Translations under genes and position numbers: made by a program
Source: an uncultured Campylobacteraceae bacterium
GTDB taxonomy: Bacteria > Campylobacterota > Campylobacteria > Campylobacterales > JALSKU01
Length of the DNA: 64,000 nt
Assembly (NCBI GenBank): GCA_964556545.1
Contig: CAZKWE010000009.1
Coordinates: 17,448 to 81,447, forward strand
Direction of reading: 5' to 3'
The notes under the pieces: model-generated
Databases searched by the model: none
The model's input: only the letters and a program-made list of their open reading frames with translations
Told to the model about the DNA's origin: nothing
Shown: one piece after another, positions 8,912-18,623 of the stretch
How the letters are laid out: the number at the start of each line of letters is the position of its first letter
Numbering within the stretch: the first letter of the stretch is position 1

Positions 8912-10237
8912 TTAAAATTTGACTCTTAGTGTTTTATAATTTACATAGTTTACCTTTGCACCTGAGACAATCTTTACATTTCTTCTTGTTGTATAATCGA
9001 CCAAATAATCACTTTTTTGAGCGACACTAAACTTTACACATATATTTGCCGCAAACTCAAGCACCTTTTTTGGAATATCTTTTTTGTTTGAGCTTATTAT
9101 AACATGGGTTGAGGGCAAATCTTTCAAATGCAGCCATATATCACTCATTTTTGCATTTTTTAACAAATAAGCATTTGCTTTTTCATTCTTTCCCAAAGAT
9201 ATTTTATATCCTTCATAATAAAAATTTTCCACACCATCATAATTTTTCTCTTTCTTGCCGCTTTTTCCCTTTTTCGGAAAGTATAATTTTAATTCGTCCA
9301 AACTTTTTACATTGGCAACAATGCGTTCAAGAGATCGCAGATACTCTATCTTTGAATCAAGATTTTCAACTTCAAGATGTATATTTCTTGCTTTTTGCTT
9401 TGCTTTTTTAGATAAATCATAAAGCATATTTGCCGCCTGAGAAGGTGTTTTTGCTTCTTTTGGAAATTTTATACAAATCTCTTTGCCTTCAAAACTCAAA
9501 ACTTTTATCTCTTTTTGATAGTTTTTGATATTTGATAAATTTGCAAGTAGCAATTCCGCTTCTGCTTGATACTTTTTAGATTTTTCCAAAAGTTCGTTTT
9601 CAACTGGCAATTTTTCTTTTATCTCTTTTAATTTTTCTATTTTTTTATGAATCAAAATAAGTTTTTGATTGATTAAAAGATGAAGTTTTTTTTCTATTTT
9701 TTCATCATACTTGTCATACAGATATCTTTTTACATTCAAAATGGATACTTCGTTTTCTGCAAATTTTATCCCGGGGAGTTCGGGTAAGTTTATACCGTTT
9801 TTTATCTCTCTGTAAGAGACACTTTTATCAATATGCCTTAATGCTTCAAGTATGATAAACTCGTTATCGCATATTATTACATTGGTATGCCTGCCGGTAA
9901 ATTCAAACTGAAGGTATGTTACAGTAGCTTTGTAACTCTTTTTTTGCATCAATTTAAATCGTATTATTTTGTTGTCTTTAAGTACTTCCATATCTTCAAC
10001 GAAAGAGTTGAAGCATCTCTTTTTTAAAACTATATCAAACGGTGCACTGTATATTTTGGAAGTTTTAAAATTGTCTTTTTTAAATATATATGAATTTCCT
10101 TTTGTCATATCAAAAAAAATAGACTCGTTTTTATCAAATACCAACTTCAATACCGTATCATCAACTCTATATATGCTTTCAAGTTTTTTAAATTTTTTTA
10201 TATATTCAACTATTTTTACCAATTCTGTTCTTTTCAC
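8912..10237 (-). CDS. NFACT/FbpA-family RNA-binding protein (RqcH-like, fibronectin-binding protein A type)
   Basis: 441 aa with an N-terminal NFACT-N-like region, a coiled-coil middle, and a C-terminal DUF814-like segment (DIWLHLKDLPSTHVII). GTG start with AAGGAG upstream. Confidence 0.6.
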   Translation of the reverse strand: MKRTELVKIVEYIKKFKKLESIYRVDDTVLKLVFDKNESIFFDMTKGNSYIFKKDNFKTSKIYSAPFDIVLKKRCFNSFVEDMEVLKDNKIIRFKLMQKKSYKATVTYLQFEFTGRHTNVIICDNEFIILEALRHIDKSVSYREIKNGINLPELPGIKFAENEVSILNVKRYLYDKYDEKIEKKLHLLINQKLILIHKKIEKLKEIKEKLPVENELLEKSKKYQAEAELLLANLSNIKNYQKEIKVLSFEGKEICIKFPKEAKTPSQAANMLYDLSKKAKQKARNIHLEVENLDSKIEYLRSLERIVANVKSLDELKLYFPKKGKSGKKEKNYDGVENFYYEGYKISLGKNEKANAYLLKNAKMSDIWLHLKDLPSTHVIISSNKKDIPKKVLEFAANICVKFSVAQKSDYLVDYTTRRNVKIVSGAKVNYVNYKTLRVKF

Positions 10238-10475
10238 TCGAAAATCTCCTTTTTAAGCACTCGGTCAAAAGTTGATCGGATACTTACTGCTTTTTATTTT
10301 ATCCAAGTTAAGATTAATTTTAGGTCACTTTCAAATTCTTATTAATACATTTGAATGGAATATTAGATAAATTTTTTAGATAATTTGTAAAAAATAACTG
10401 CTATTTTACAAAAAATGTGTTATCATACCTGCTATAAATTTTAATCTGAATAGATTGAAAAAATGGCGGTGAATT

Positions 10476-10838
10476 ATGTCACAAGAATTGATGCTTTCCG
10501 GGGTTATTATTTTTATCTTGGCAGTCGCAATTCCTATTATGTTTATTGCCACTAAAAATCTCGGTCCGAAAAATCCTAATATTAAAAATAAAAATCTAAC
10601 TTACGAAAGCGGTGTATCAACTCCTATCGGAGATATAGGCTCAAGACACAATGTAAGATTTTATCTTGTTGCCATATTGTTTATCATTTTTGATGTAGAA
10701 ATTATATTTTTATTCCCCTGGGCAGTCAATGTAAGAGAACTCGGAACAACAGGACTTGTTGAAATATTTTTATTTGTTTTTTTACTTGTGGCGGGACTTG
10801 CTTATGTTTATATGAAAAAGGCTTTAAAATGGCAGTAG
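10476..10838 (+). CDS. nuoA: NADH-quinone oxidoreductase subunit A
   Basis: 120 aa, three helices, with YESG....G......F.V.F.L.A..F..FDVE..FL.PWA pattern. Confidence 0.9.
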   Translation: MSQELMLSGVIIFILAVAIPIMFIATKNLGPKNPNIKNKNLTYESGVSTPIGDIGSRHNVRFYLVAILFIIFDVEIIFLFPWAVNVRELGTTGLVEIFLFVFLLVAGLAYVYMKKALKWQ

Positions 10839-11344
10839 GAGCTGAAGCGATATTTGGTGATAGTGTTATTACCACAAAACTTGACAGTGCCATAAACTGG
10901 GCAAGAGAATCTTCCCTTTGGCCTTATATTTTCGGCACGGCATGCTGTGCTATAGAATTTATGAGTGTTGCTTCTTCAAAGTACGATATATCAAGATTTG
11001 GTGCGGAAGTTGTAAGATTTGTTCCAAAACAAGCTGATCTTATGATAGTCGCAGGAACAATAAGCTACAAACAAGCCCCGATTTTAAAAATGATATATGA
11101 CCAAATCTGTGAACCCAAATGGGTTATAAGCATGGGTGCATGTGCTTGTAGCGGAGGGTTTTATGATAATTACACTACATTGCAGGGCATTGATCAGATA
11201 ATTCCGGTAGATATATATCTTGCCGGCTGTCCGCCAAGACCGGAGGCTATACTTGACGGCATTATGCAGATACAAAAAATGAGTCAAAACGAATCAATAC
11301 TAAAAGACCGGGTAAAAAATTTCAAAGGTTTGCTTAATGCTTGA
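10829..11344 (+). CDS. nuoB: NADH-quinone oxidoreductase subunit B
   Basis: 171 aa with GTACCAIEFM, MGACACSGG and GCPPRPEA cluster-N2 cysteine motifs. Confidence 0.9.
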   Translation: MAVGAEAIFGDSVITTKLDSAINWARESSLWPYIFGTACCAIEFMSVASSKYDISRFGAEVVRFVPKQADLMIVAGTISYKQAPILKMIYDQICEPKWVISMGACACSGGFYDNYTTLQGIDQIIPVDIYLAGCPPRPEAILDGIMQIQKMSQNESILKDRVKNFKGLLNA

Positions 11345-12980
11345 AAATTTTGAAAAAGAGGATGACAAATATATCATTCCTCCTGAAAAAATAAAAGAAG
11401 TTGTATCATATTTAAAAAATGAATTAAATTATAACTTTTTTATTGATTTGACTGCAATAGATTATTTAAATTATACAGAAAAGAAAAAAAGCAGATTTGC
11501 AATTGTATATATATTTAGAAGTGAAGATTTTAAAAATACGGTTATATTAAAAAGCTATCTCGGTGATGATTTGAATATACAAAGCATAAGCTCACTTTTT
11601 GACGGTGCAAACTGGGCCGAAAGAGAAGCTTATGATCAGTACGGCGTCACTTTTTCAGGACACCACAACTTAAAAAGAATCCTAAATCATAAAAATTTTA
11701 TAGGGCACCCCTTAAGAAAAGATTACCCGATTACAAAAGGTCAGCTTTGTATAGAAACTGATGATTTGATGGATGAAATGGTAAAAAAACTAAGACGCAG
11801 AGGGTATGGCGAGAGTGAGGATTTGACTTTTTTAAATCTCGGGCCGGCTCATCCTGCAAGCCATGGAACCATAAGAACCCTTGTAGCTTTAAAAGATGAA
11901 AAAATTGTAAGTGCGGTAAGTGAGATAGGCTATCTTCACAGGGGCTTTGAAAAATCATGCGAAAACCACAAATACAATCAAATCATACCATACACGGATA
12001 GACTAAACTATTGCTCTGCCATACTTAACAATATCGCTTTTGCAGATGCAGTTGAAAAAATGCTTGAAATTGACATACCGGATCGTGCAAAATTTATAAG
12101 AGTAATCATAGGTGAACTTTCCCGCATTATTGATCATCTTGTATGTCTTGCGGCAGCTTTGGTAGATATGGGGGCTTTAACAAACTATTGGTATCTTTAT
12201 AACCCCAGGGAAACCGTATATGACCTTCTTTCCAAACTTACAGGAGCCAGACTGACAAATGCATATATGAGAATAGGCGGAGTCAAATGGGATTTTTATG
12301 ATGGATTCGAGAATGATTTGAATGTTTGTCTAAAAGATATATTAAAAGGTGTGGACGATTCTTTAAAACTCATTGCCCACAATAAAATATTTTTAGACAG
12401 ATCCCAAAATATAGGCATTATAGACAAAGAAGACGCTTTGGGTTTTGGTATAAGCGGACCAAATCTTAGGGCAAGCGGAATTGCGTATGATTTGAGAGTT
12501 GCAAATCCATACTACTATTATGATACTTTTGATTTTGAAATACCTGTTGGAAGTGTAGGAGATGTTTATGACAGACTTATGGTAAGATTTGAAGAGATAT
12601 ACCAAAGCATTTCAATCATAAAACAGGCTATGAAAAGATTACCCGGTGGCGAAATTGCTGTTAGCGACAAAAGAGTATTTTTGCCTAAAAAAGATGATGT
12701 TTATAACAATATAGAAGGATTAATGAATCAATTTAAACTTATCTTTGAGGGTGTAAAAGTACCGAAAAAAGAGAGTTATTCTGCCATAGAGGCCGCAAAT
12801 GGCGAGCTTGGTTTTTATATACTCAGCGATGGCGGTGCAATGCCATACAAAGTAAAAGTAAGACCTCCTTGTTTTTACTCTATGAGTACACTTCCTCAAA
12901 TTATAGAAGATCATTTGGTCGCAGATGCCGTTATAACATTGAGCAGTTTAAATATCATAGCCGGGGAGTTGGACAGATGA
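11337..12980 (+). CDS. nuoCD: NADH-quinone oxidoreductase fused subunits C/D
   Basis: 547 aa. The N-terminal third is NuoC-like (NWAEREAYDQYG..F.GH). The remainder is NuoD-like (LNLGPAHPASHG, YLHRGFEK, ending SLNIIAGELDR). Confidence 0.9.
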   Translation: MLENFEKEDDKYIIPPEKIKEVVSYLKNELNYNFFIDLTAIDYLNYTEKKKSRFAIVYIFRSEDFKNTVILKSYLGDDLNIQSISSLFDGANWAEREAYDQYGVTFSGHHNLKRILNHKNFIGHPLRKDYPITKGQLCIETDDLMDEMVKKLRRRGYGESEDLTFLNLGPAHPASHGTIRTLVALKDEKIVSAVSEIGYLHRGFEKSCENHKYNQIIPYTDRLNYCSAILNNIAFADAVEKMLEIDIPDRAKFIRVIIGELSRIIDHLVCLAAALVDMGALTNYWYLYNPRETVYDLLSKLTGARLTNAYMRIGGVKWDFYDGFENDLNVCLKDILKGVDDSLKLIAHNKIFLDRSQNIGIIDKEDALGFGISGPNLRASGIAYDLRVANPYYYYDTFDFEIPVGSVGDVYDRLMVRFEEIYQSISIIKQAMKRLPGGEIAVSDKRVFLPKKDDVYNNIEGLMNQFKLIFEGVKVPKKESYSAIEAANGELGFYILSDGGAMPYKVKVRPPCFYSMSTLPQIIEDHLVADAVITLSSLNIIAGELDR

Positions 12981-13453
12981 GTGGATTTTGCTTCAATGAA
13001 GAAAATAGTAAAAAATTTGAAAAACTTAAAAAAAGATATCCCGATATAAAATCATTAACACTTCCGGGACTTTGGCTTATACAAGAACAAGAAGGCTGGA
13101 TAAGTTTGGAAGCTATGAAATATTTGGCTAAAAAACTGGATTTAAGCGAAGCGGATATTTACTCGGTTGCAACATTTTATACAATGTTTAAACTTGAGCC
13201 AAAGGGCAAATATTATATATGTCTGTGCAAAACAGCAAGTTGTAAATTAAGGGGTAGTCAAAAGATACTTCAAAAAATAGAAAAAAAACTTGGAATCAAA
13301 CCCGGAGAAACTACACCTGATGGCAAATTTTCTCTTGAAGAGGTTGAATGCCTTGGTGCTTGTGGCAATGCACCGGCAATGAGTTTAAATGATATATATC
13401 ATGAAAATTTAACGGTTGACAAAATTGAAAATATTTTAGACGGGTTAGAGTAA
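12977..13453 (+). CDS. nuoE: NADH-quinone oxidoreductase subunit E
   Basis: Start taken at the ATG overlapping the nuoCD stop (ATGA), so the upstream 36 codons of track ORF 12869 lie inside nuoCD. Has the 2Fe-2S pattern C...C....C(L)GACGNAP. Confidence 0.85.
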   Translation: MSGFCFNEENSKKFEKLKKRYPDIKSLTLPGLWLIQEQEGWISLEAMKYLAKKLDLSEADIYSVATFYTMFKLEPKGKYYICLCKTASCKLRGSQKILQKIEKKLGIKPGETTPDGKFSLEEVECLGACGNAPAMSLNDIYHENLTVDKIENILDGLE

Positions 13454-14697
13454 TGCTTGTAAAAATAGAAAGTAAAAATTTTGATATTAAAAATTCCCAC
13501 AAAATTGATACGGCAATCGCAAACGGCAGATATAAAACTCTTGATAAAATTTTTGATTTAAAGCCTGAGGGTATTGTAGATGAGGTTGACAAAAGCGGTC
13601 TTAGAGGAAAAGGAGGAGGTGGGGCACCTGCAGGTAAAAAATGGAAACTGATGCAGGGTTTTGAAAAAAGACAAAAATATCTTATCATAAATGCTGACGA
13701 AAGTGAGCCGGGAACCTTTAAAGACAGACAAATAATGCAATACGACCCTCATCTCTTAATCGAAGGTATGATTGATACTTGCTATGCCATAGGAGCGACA
13801 AAAGCATATATTTATATAAGAGGCGAATATTTTTTTTGGTATAACAGACTAAATGAAGCCATAGACGAAGCATACGAAAAAGGTTTTTTGGGAAACAATA
13901 TAAAAAAAAGCAACTTTTGTCTTGATATAACGGTCCACAGAGGTGCAGGGGCTTATATATGCGGTGAAAAATCAGCACTTTTAGAATCTCTTGAGGGAAA
14001 AAGAGGACACCCAAGACTAAAGCCTCATAAAAAAGAGCCTGAATGGTTTTTTGGAGAGCCGGCCTTGGTAAACAATGTTGAAACCATATCTTCCGTGCCT
14101 TTTATAGTTGATAAAGGCTATGAAGCTTACAGAAGTTACGGAACACAAAAGAGTCCCGGCACTATGCTTTTTGGTATGAGCGGACATATAAACAATCCGG
14201 GCATTTATGAAGTTCCTTACGGTGTTAGTATGAAAGAGTATATACAAAAGATGGGAGGCGGGATTTTAAATGGGAAAAAACTCAAAGCAGTAATTCCGGG
14301 AGGTTCATCATGTCCTATACTCAGAGGTGATGAAATAGATGATATTACACTTGATTATGAATCATTAAAAGAGCATGGCTCAAGCTTAGGCACGGGCGGA
14401 ATGATAATAATGGATGAAAATGTTTTTATCCCTGAAATTACCAAAAACCTGCTTGAATTTTACCATCACGAATCCTGCGGGCAGTGTACACCGTGCCGTG
14501 AGGGAGTAGGGTGGAGCGATAGACTACTATATAAAATACTCTCAGGCAATGCAACAAAAAAAGATATAGATACTATACTGGATATAGCAGATTTGATGAA
14601 CGGAAAAACTGTCTGTGTCTTTGCACCGGCAGTATCTGCCGTTCTTGTAAGCCATATCAAAAAATTTCCGGATGAATTTTACTCTCTTGTAAAATAG
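13453..14697 (+). CDS. nuoF: NADH-quinone oxidoreductase subunit F
   Basis: 414 aa with GLRGKGGGGAPAGKKW, ADESEPGTFKD, YICGEKSALLESLEG and ESCGQCTPCREG motifs. Confidence 0.9.
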   Translation: MLVKIESKNFDIKNSHKIDTAIANGRYKTLDKIFDLKPEGIVDEVDKSGLRGKGGGGAPAGKKWKLMQGFEKRQKYLIINADESEPGTFKDRQIMQYDPHLLIEGMIDTCYAIGATKAYIYIRGEYFFWYNRLNEAIDEAYEKGFLGNNIKKSNFCLDITVHRGAGAYICGEKSALLESLEGKRGHPRLKPHKKEPEWFFGEPALVNNVETISSVPFIVDKGYEAYRSYGTQKSPGTMLFGMSGHINNPGIYEVPYGVSMKEYIQKMGGGILNGKKLKAVIPGGSSCPILRGDEIDDITLDYESLKEHGSSLGTGGMIIMDENVFIPEITKNLLEFYHHESCGQCTPCREGVGWSDRLLYKILSGNATKKDIDTILDIADLMNGKTVCVFAPAVSAVLVSHIKKFPDEFYSLVK

Positions 14698-14752
14698 ACT
14701 TGTTCTGTAAAAAACACGGATATAATAAATTAGAGATACCCTTAATTTTTGA

Positions 14753-14950
14753 TTATTTAAAGAATTTTAATATTAAGCTTATTACAATGCTCAATAAAAT
14801 AGATGAAGTTATCGGAAAATAAAATTTAAAATTTTCTTTTTCTATAACTATATCACCGGGAAGCCTAAAAAACGGAAAATCTCTAAAAAAATACAAAAAT
14901 ACTCCAATCACTATAAACACAATACCCAAAACAATAAATATCTTATGCAT
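14753..14950 (-). CDS. DUF2905-family small membrane protein
   Basis: 65 aa, two helices, with the LPGDI motif characteristic of DUF2905. It overlaps the upstream gene by 8 nt. Confidence 0.6.
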   Translation of the reverse strand: MHKIFIVLGIVFIVIGVFLYFFRDFPFFRLPGDIVIEKENFKFYFPITSSILLSIVISLILKFFK

Positions 14951-15842
14951 CTCTTTTTATGCTTTTTAAATAATAAGCAAGTCCGAAGAGTAAAAATGTA
15001 ACACCAATCAATAAAAATACGGCATAGAGTATTTTTTCAGGCCCTATAATGGCAAATTTAAAAACAAGCATCAAAGCTTCTATCGAAAGAGCTATTATAA
15101 TGGAACCTAAAAATCTTATCATTGTTTTATGAATATCATCTATATCTGTTTTTGAATTTTTTCCTAAAACTTCTTCTTCAAATATTGTTTTTATAAGATC
15201 AAATATTGCCAAAGAGAGAGTTATAAGAATTGTGGACTCAAATATTTCCTTGATATCAAGTTTTTCTATGTTAAATCCGTAAATTGCAATACTGCTCAAA
15301 CCTTTGAAAAACAGCAAAAATGCTACCAAAAACAAAGCAAAACAAAAAAGTGCATATGCAACTTTATTGAATTTGCCAAAAATAGAATCAATTGAAGTCG
15401 GATGAATAATCTTAAGTAATTTTTTTAAAGCTATATCAAGGCATACGACAAATTTCAATTTTCCGTTATCATCATAAACCGGATATGAGGCGGTTACAAC
15501 AATTTCATTGGTTTTAGAAGAAGGATAAGGATCAGTCATTATACATTTTTTCTCTTTTACCGCTCTGTAATATGATGCCCTTAAACTTTTATTGGAGTTT
15601 TTGCCTTTTCTGTAATCCGCATTGTTAGAAATCGCATTTATGATTTGTACGCCCTGTCTATCAAGTATATACAAGGCATCTATCTGGGCATTCTCTTTTT
15701 TTATCTTTTTTAGCGCCTGAATGATATCCTCTTCGGATATATTTGGTAAAGAGTTTGGTATATTTCTTGTAAGCAAAAAACACAAAAAAGCTCTGGCATT
15801 TACTCTGACTTCATTAAAATCCTGAATCTCTCTGGATACCAT
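14943..15842 (-). CDS. membrane protein with N-terminal PDC/Cache-like sensor fold
   Basis: 299 aa. A soluble N-terminal ~150 aa (YILDRQG.Q..., YRAVKEKK..MTDPY.S) is followed by about 4 helices resembling PsiE-like membrane domains. Assignment is by resemblance only. Confidence 0.4.
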   Translation of the reverse strand: MVSREIQDFNEVRVNARAFLCFLLTRNIPNSLPNISEEDIIQALKKIKKENAQIDALYILDRQGVQIINAISNNADYRKGKNSNKSLRASYYRAVKEKKCIMTDPYPSSKTNEIVVTASYPVYDDNGKLKFVVCLDIALKKLLKIIHPTSIDSIFGKFNKVAYALFCFALFLVAFLLFFKGLSSIAIYGFNIEKLDIKEIFESTILITLSLAIFDLIKTIFEEEVLGKNSKTDIDDIHKTMIRFLGSIIIALSIEALMLVFKFAIIGPEKILYAVFLLIGVTFLLFGLAYYLKSIKRDA

Positions 15843-15920
15843 AACTTACCTCATTTTAAGATCTCTAATTGTTATTATAACAAATTTATGATACAATGTC
15901 TCTTCTTAAAAGGTAAAGTT

Positions 15921-16781
15921 TTGGTAAGAGCAAAGAAAAAATTTGGTCAAAATTTTTTAAAAGATGAGATCGTTTTAGATAAAATCATCCAATCGATGCC
16001 CAATGACAACTTAAAAGTTATCGAAATTGGACCTGGATTAGGTGATTTGACGAAAAAGCTTTTGCAACAAAAAAATGTTGTAGCTTTTGAGATAGATGAT
16101 GAACTGTGTGATATTTTAAAAAAAGAGTTTTCCTCTTCTTTGAAAAAAGGAGAACTTTTATTAAACTGCACGGATGTGTTGCAATATTGGGAAGATAAGA
16201 ACCTTTTTAATGAAAAATACAATTTGGTGGCAAATCTACCATATTATATTGCAACAAAAATAGTGATAAATGCACTAAAAGATGACAATTGCAAAAATAT
16301 TATAGTTATGCTTCAAAGCGAAGTAGCCTATAAATTTTGTGCCGAAACCGGAGATAAAGATTTTTCATATTTGGCTGTCATTGCTGATTTGATAGGCAAT
16401 AGATCAATTGTATGTGATGTGGAGCCTAAGAGTTTTATTCCGCCGCCAAAAGTTTCATCTTCGGTTTTGAAGATAGAAAAACAAAGGGATTTAAAAAGCA
16501 AGGAACTGTTTTGTGATGAAAAAGAAATCAAACAGTTTGAACAGTTTTTAAAAAATGCTTTTAAAGCCCCCAGGAAAACTCTGTCAAAAAATTTATCCGA
16601 CTTTGGAAAAGATAAAATAAAATATATCTTTTCCGAATTGAATTTGGATATAAAAATCAGACCTCATCAACTATCTTCGATCAAATATCTTGAAATTTTT
16701 AATATATTGAAGGATATAAATGGAAGAGAAAACAAAGGCAAAGAGGACAAATCCTCCTGCCAAAAAACAACAAAGCAGTAA
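15921..16781 (+). CDS. rsmA: 16S rRNA (adenine1518/1519-N6)-dimethyltransferase
   Basis: Has KKFGQNFL and EIGPGLG.LT motifs. I prefer TTG 15921 (MVRAKKKFGQNFL, AAAGG 7 nt upstream) over track ATG 15888, which sits inside an extended -10-like TGATACAAT (15889-15897). Confidence 0.8.
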   Translation: MVRAKKKFGQNFLKDEIVLDKIIQSMPNDNLKVIEIGPGLGDLTKKLLQQKNVVAFEIDDELCDILKKEFSSSLKKGELLLNCTDVLQYWEDKNLFNEKYNLVANLPYYIATKIVINALKDDNCKNIIVMLQSEVAYKFCAETGDKDFSYLAVIADLIGNRSIVCDVEPKSFIPPPKVSSSVLKIEKQRDLKSKELFCDEKEIKQFEQFLKNAFKAPRKTLSKNLSDFGKDKIKYIFSELNLDIKIRPHQLSSIKYLEIFNILKDINGRENKGKEDKSSCQKTTKQ

Positions 16782-18615
16782 TGCAAACAAGCCGAACAGG
16801 CAAAAAAACAGAAATAAAGCAAACGCCATAGGAAAACAAAGATCGTCTGCACAAAAAAATGAATCTTGGTACAAGGATTTGCAAAAGAGTATAGAAGCAA
16901 ACAAAAAGATTCAAGAACAAAGAGTTTATCCTATGAACTTTAAAGCATCAAACTCAAATGATAAAATAAAAATAACTCCTCTTGGAGGACTTGGTGAAAT
17001 CGGTGGAAACATGATGGTAATGGAAACCAATACCAGTGCCATTATCATTGATGTCGGAATGAGTTTTCCCGATGACGAAATGCATGGAGTTGATATATTA
17101 GTTCCTGATTTTTCATATTTAAGAAGCATTAAAAACAAGATAAAAGGTATCGTTATCACCCATGCACATGAAGACCACATAGGAGCCTTGCCTTATCTTT
17201 TTAAAAATCAGGATTTGCAATTTCCCATATATGCCACACCTTTGCCTCTTGGCATGATAGCCAACAAATTTGATGAGCACAAAATATCAAAGAAATTTTT
17301 CAGGCCTGTTGAAAAAAGAAAGATTTATCAAATAGGTGATTTTGATATAGAATGGATACACATAACCCATTCCATTATAGATGCTTCCTCACTTGCAATA
17401 ACCACAAAAGCAGGAACAATCATACATACCGGTGATTTTAAAATAGACCATACTCCAATAGACGGTCTTCCGGCAGATTTGCACAGATTTGCATATTATG
17501 GGGACAAAGGTGTTTTATGTCTTTTGAGCGATAGTACAAATTCATACAATCCGGGCTTTACGAGAAGTGAAAGTTCTGTGGGTCCTACTTTTGACTCCAT
17601 TTTTGCACATGCAAAAGGAAGGGTTATCATGTCAACATTCTCCTCCAATATACACAGAGTTTATCAAGCCATATCTCATGGCATAAAATATGGAAGAAAA
17701 GTGGCAGTCATAGGAAGAAGTATGGAAAAAAATCTAAATACCGCAATGGAGCTTGGATACATAAAACTTGACAATAAAATTTTTATAGATGCCCATGAAG
17801 TAAACAGATACAATGATAAAGATGTCTTGATAGTAACAACCGGCAGTCAGGGAGAAGCTATGAGTGCACTTTTTAGAATGGCTACAAATGAACACAGACA
17901 TATCAAAATAAAACCGACTGACCAGATAATAATATCGGCAAAAGCAATCCCCGGCAATGAGGCAAGTGTTTCAAAAGTTTTAAATTATCTTTATAAATCG
18001 GGTGCTGATGTGGCTTATAAGGATTTTAGCGAAATTCATGTCAGCGGACATGCAGCACAAGAAGAGCAAAAGCTGATGCTCAGACTTGTTAAACCAAAAT
18101 TTTTTCTGCCGGTTCACGGAGAGTATAATCATATACACAGGCACAAGGAAACTGCCGTAAAATGTGGAATTCCTGAAAAAAATATATATCTTATGAGCGA
18201 TGGGGAACAAATAGAAATTACCCAAAAGTACTTTAAAAAAGTTGGATCTGTTAAAACAGGTAAAATTTATATAGACAATCAGATCAACAAACAAATCGAA
18301 AATGATGTTGTCATAGATAGACAAAAATTGGCTGAAGCCGGTATAGTATCCGTAATTGCACAGATAGACAAGAGTACAAACAAACTCATAGGAAAACCTA
18401 AAGTTTTAAGCTATGGACTGGTTGCCGATAAAGATATGCAAAAATTTTCAAAAGAGGTGGAAGATATACTTGATCAACTTCTTATAAATGCAAAAAGTGA
18501 AATGTTAGGTAATCCAAAGGCTGTTGAAAATGCTTTAAGACAAGCAGTTAGAAAACATGTTTTTAGAAAAATGAAAAAATATCCTACTGTTGTTCCGACT
18601 ATATTTATACTATAA
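16720..18615 (+). CDS. rnj: ribonuclease J with Lys/Asn-rich N-terminal extension
   Basis: 631 aa with the metallo-beta-lactamase HAHEDHIG motif and beta-CASP region. About 75 aa of basic extension precede KITPLGGLGEIGGN, as in Helicobacter RNase J. Confidence 0.85.
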   Translation: MEEKTKAKRTNPPAKKQQSSNANKPNRQKNRNKANAIGKQRSSAQKNESWYKDLQKSIEANKKIQEQRVYPMNFKASNSNDKIKITPLGGLGEIGGNMMVMETNTSAIIIDVGMSFPDDEMHGVDILVPDFSYLRSIKNKIKGIVITHAHEDHIGALPYLFKNQDLQFPIYATPLPLGMIANKFDEHKISKKFFRPVEKRKIYQIGDFDIEWIHITHSIIDASSLAITTKAGTIIHTGDFKIDHTPIDGLPADLHRFAYYGDKGVLCLLSDSTNSYNPGFTRSESSVGPTFDSIFAHAKGRVIMSTFSSNIHRVYQAISHGIKYGRKVAVIGRSMEKNLNTAMELGYIKLDNKIFIDAHEVNRYNDKDVLIVTTGSQGEAMSALFRMATNEHRHIKIKPTDQIIISAKAIPGNEASVSKVLNYLYKSGADVAYKDFSEIHVSGHAAQEEQKLMLRLVKPKFFLPVHGEYNHIHRHKETAVKCGIPEKNIYLMSDGEQIEITQKYFKKVGSVKTGKIYIDNQINKQIENDVVIDRQKLAEAGIVSVIAQIDKSTNKLIGKPKVLSYGLVADKDMQKFSKEVEDILDQLLINAKSEMLGNPKAVENALRQAVRKHVFRKMKKYPTVVPTIFIL

Positions 18616-18623
18616 GGCAGAAA

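Noticed and set aside
12869-12976. N-terminal extensions offered by the ORF track (nuoE 12869; also RR 39740, dctP 40473, lutC 45651, dapF 51939, nuoI 59712, nrdD 25427)
   Set aside because: The extensions overlap the preceding gene or promoter/leader sequence and lack SD sites. Internal starts give N-termini matching the families and have SDs or stop-start overlaps.
16667-16920. Three overlapping minus-strand ORFs of 73-77 aa
   Set aside because: All lie antisense to the A-rich region encoding the Lys/Asn-rich RNase J N-terminal extension. They are F/L/C-rich artefacts of that composition.
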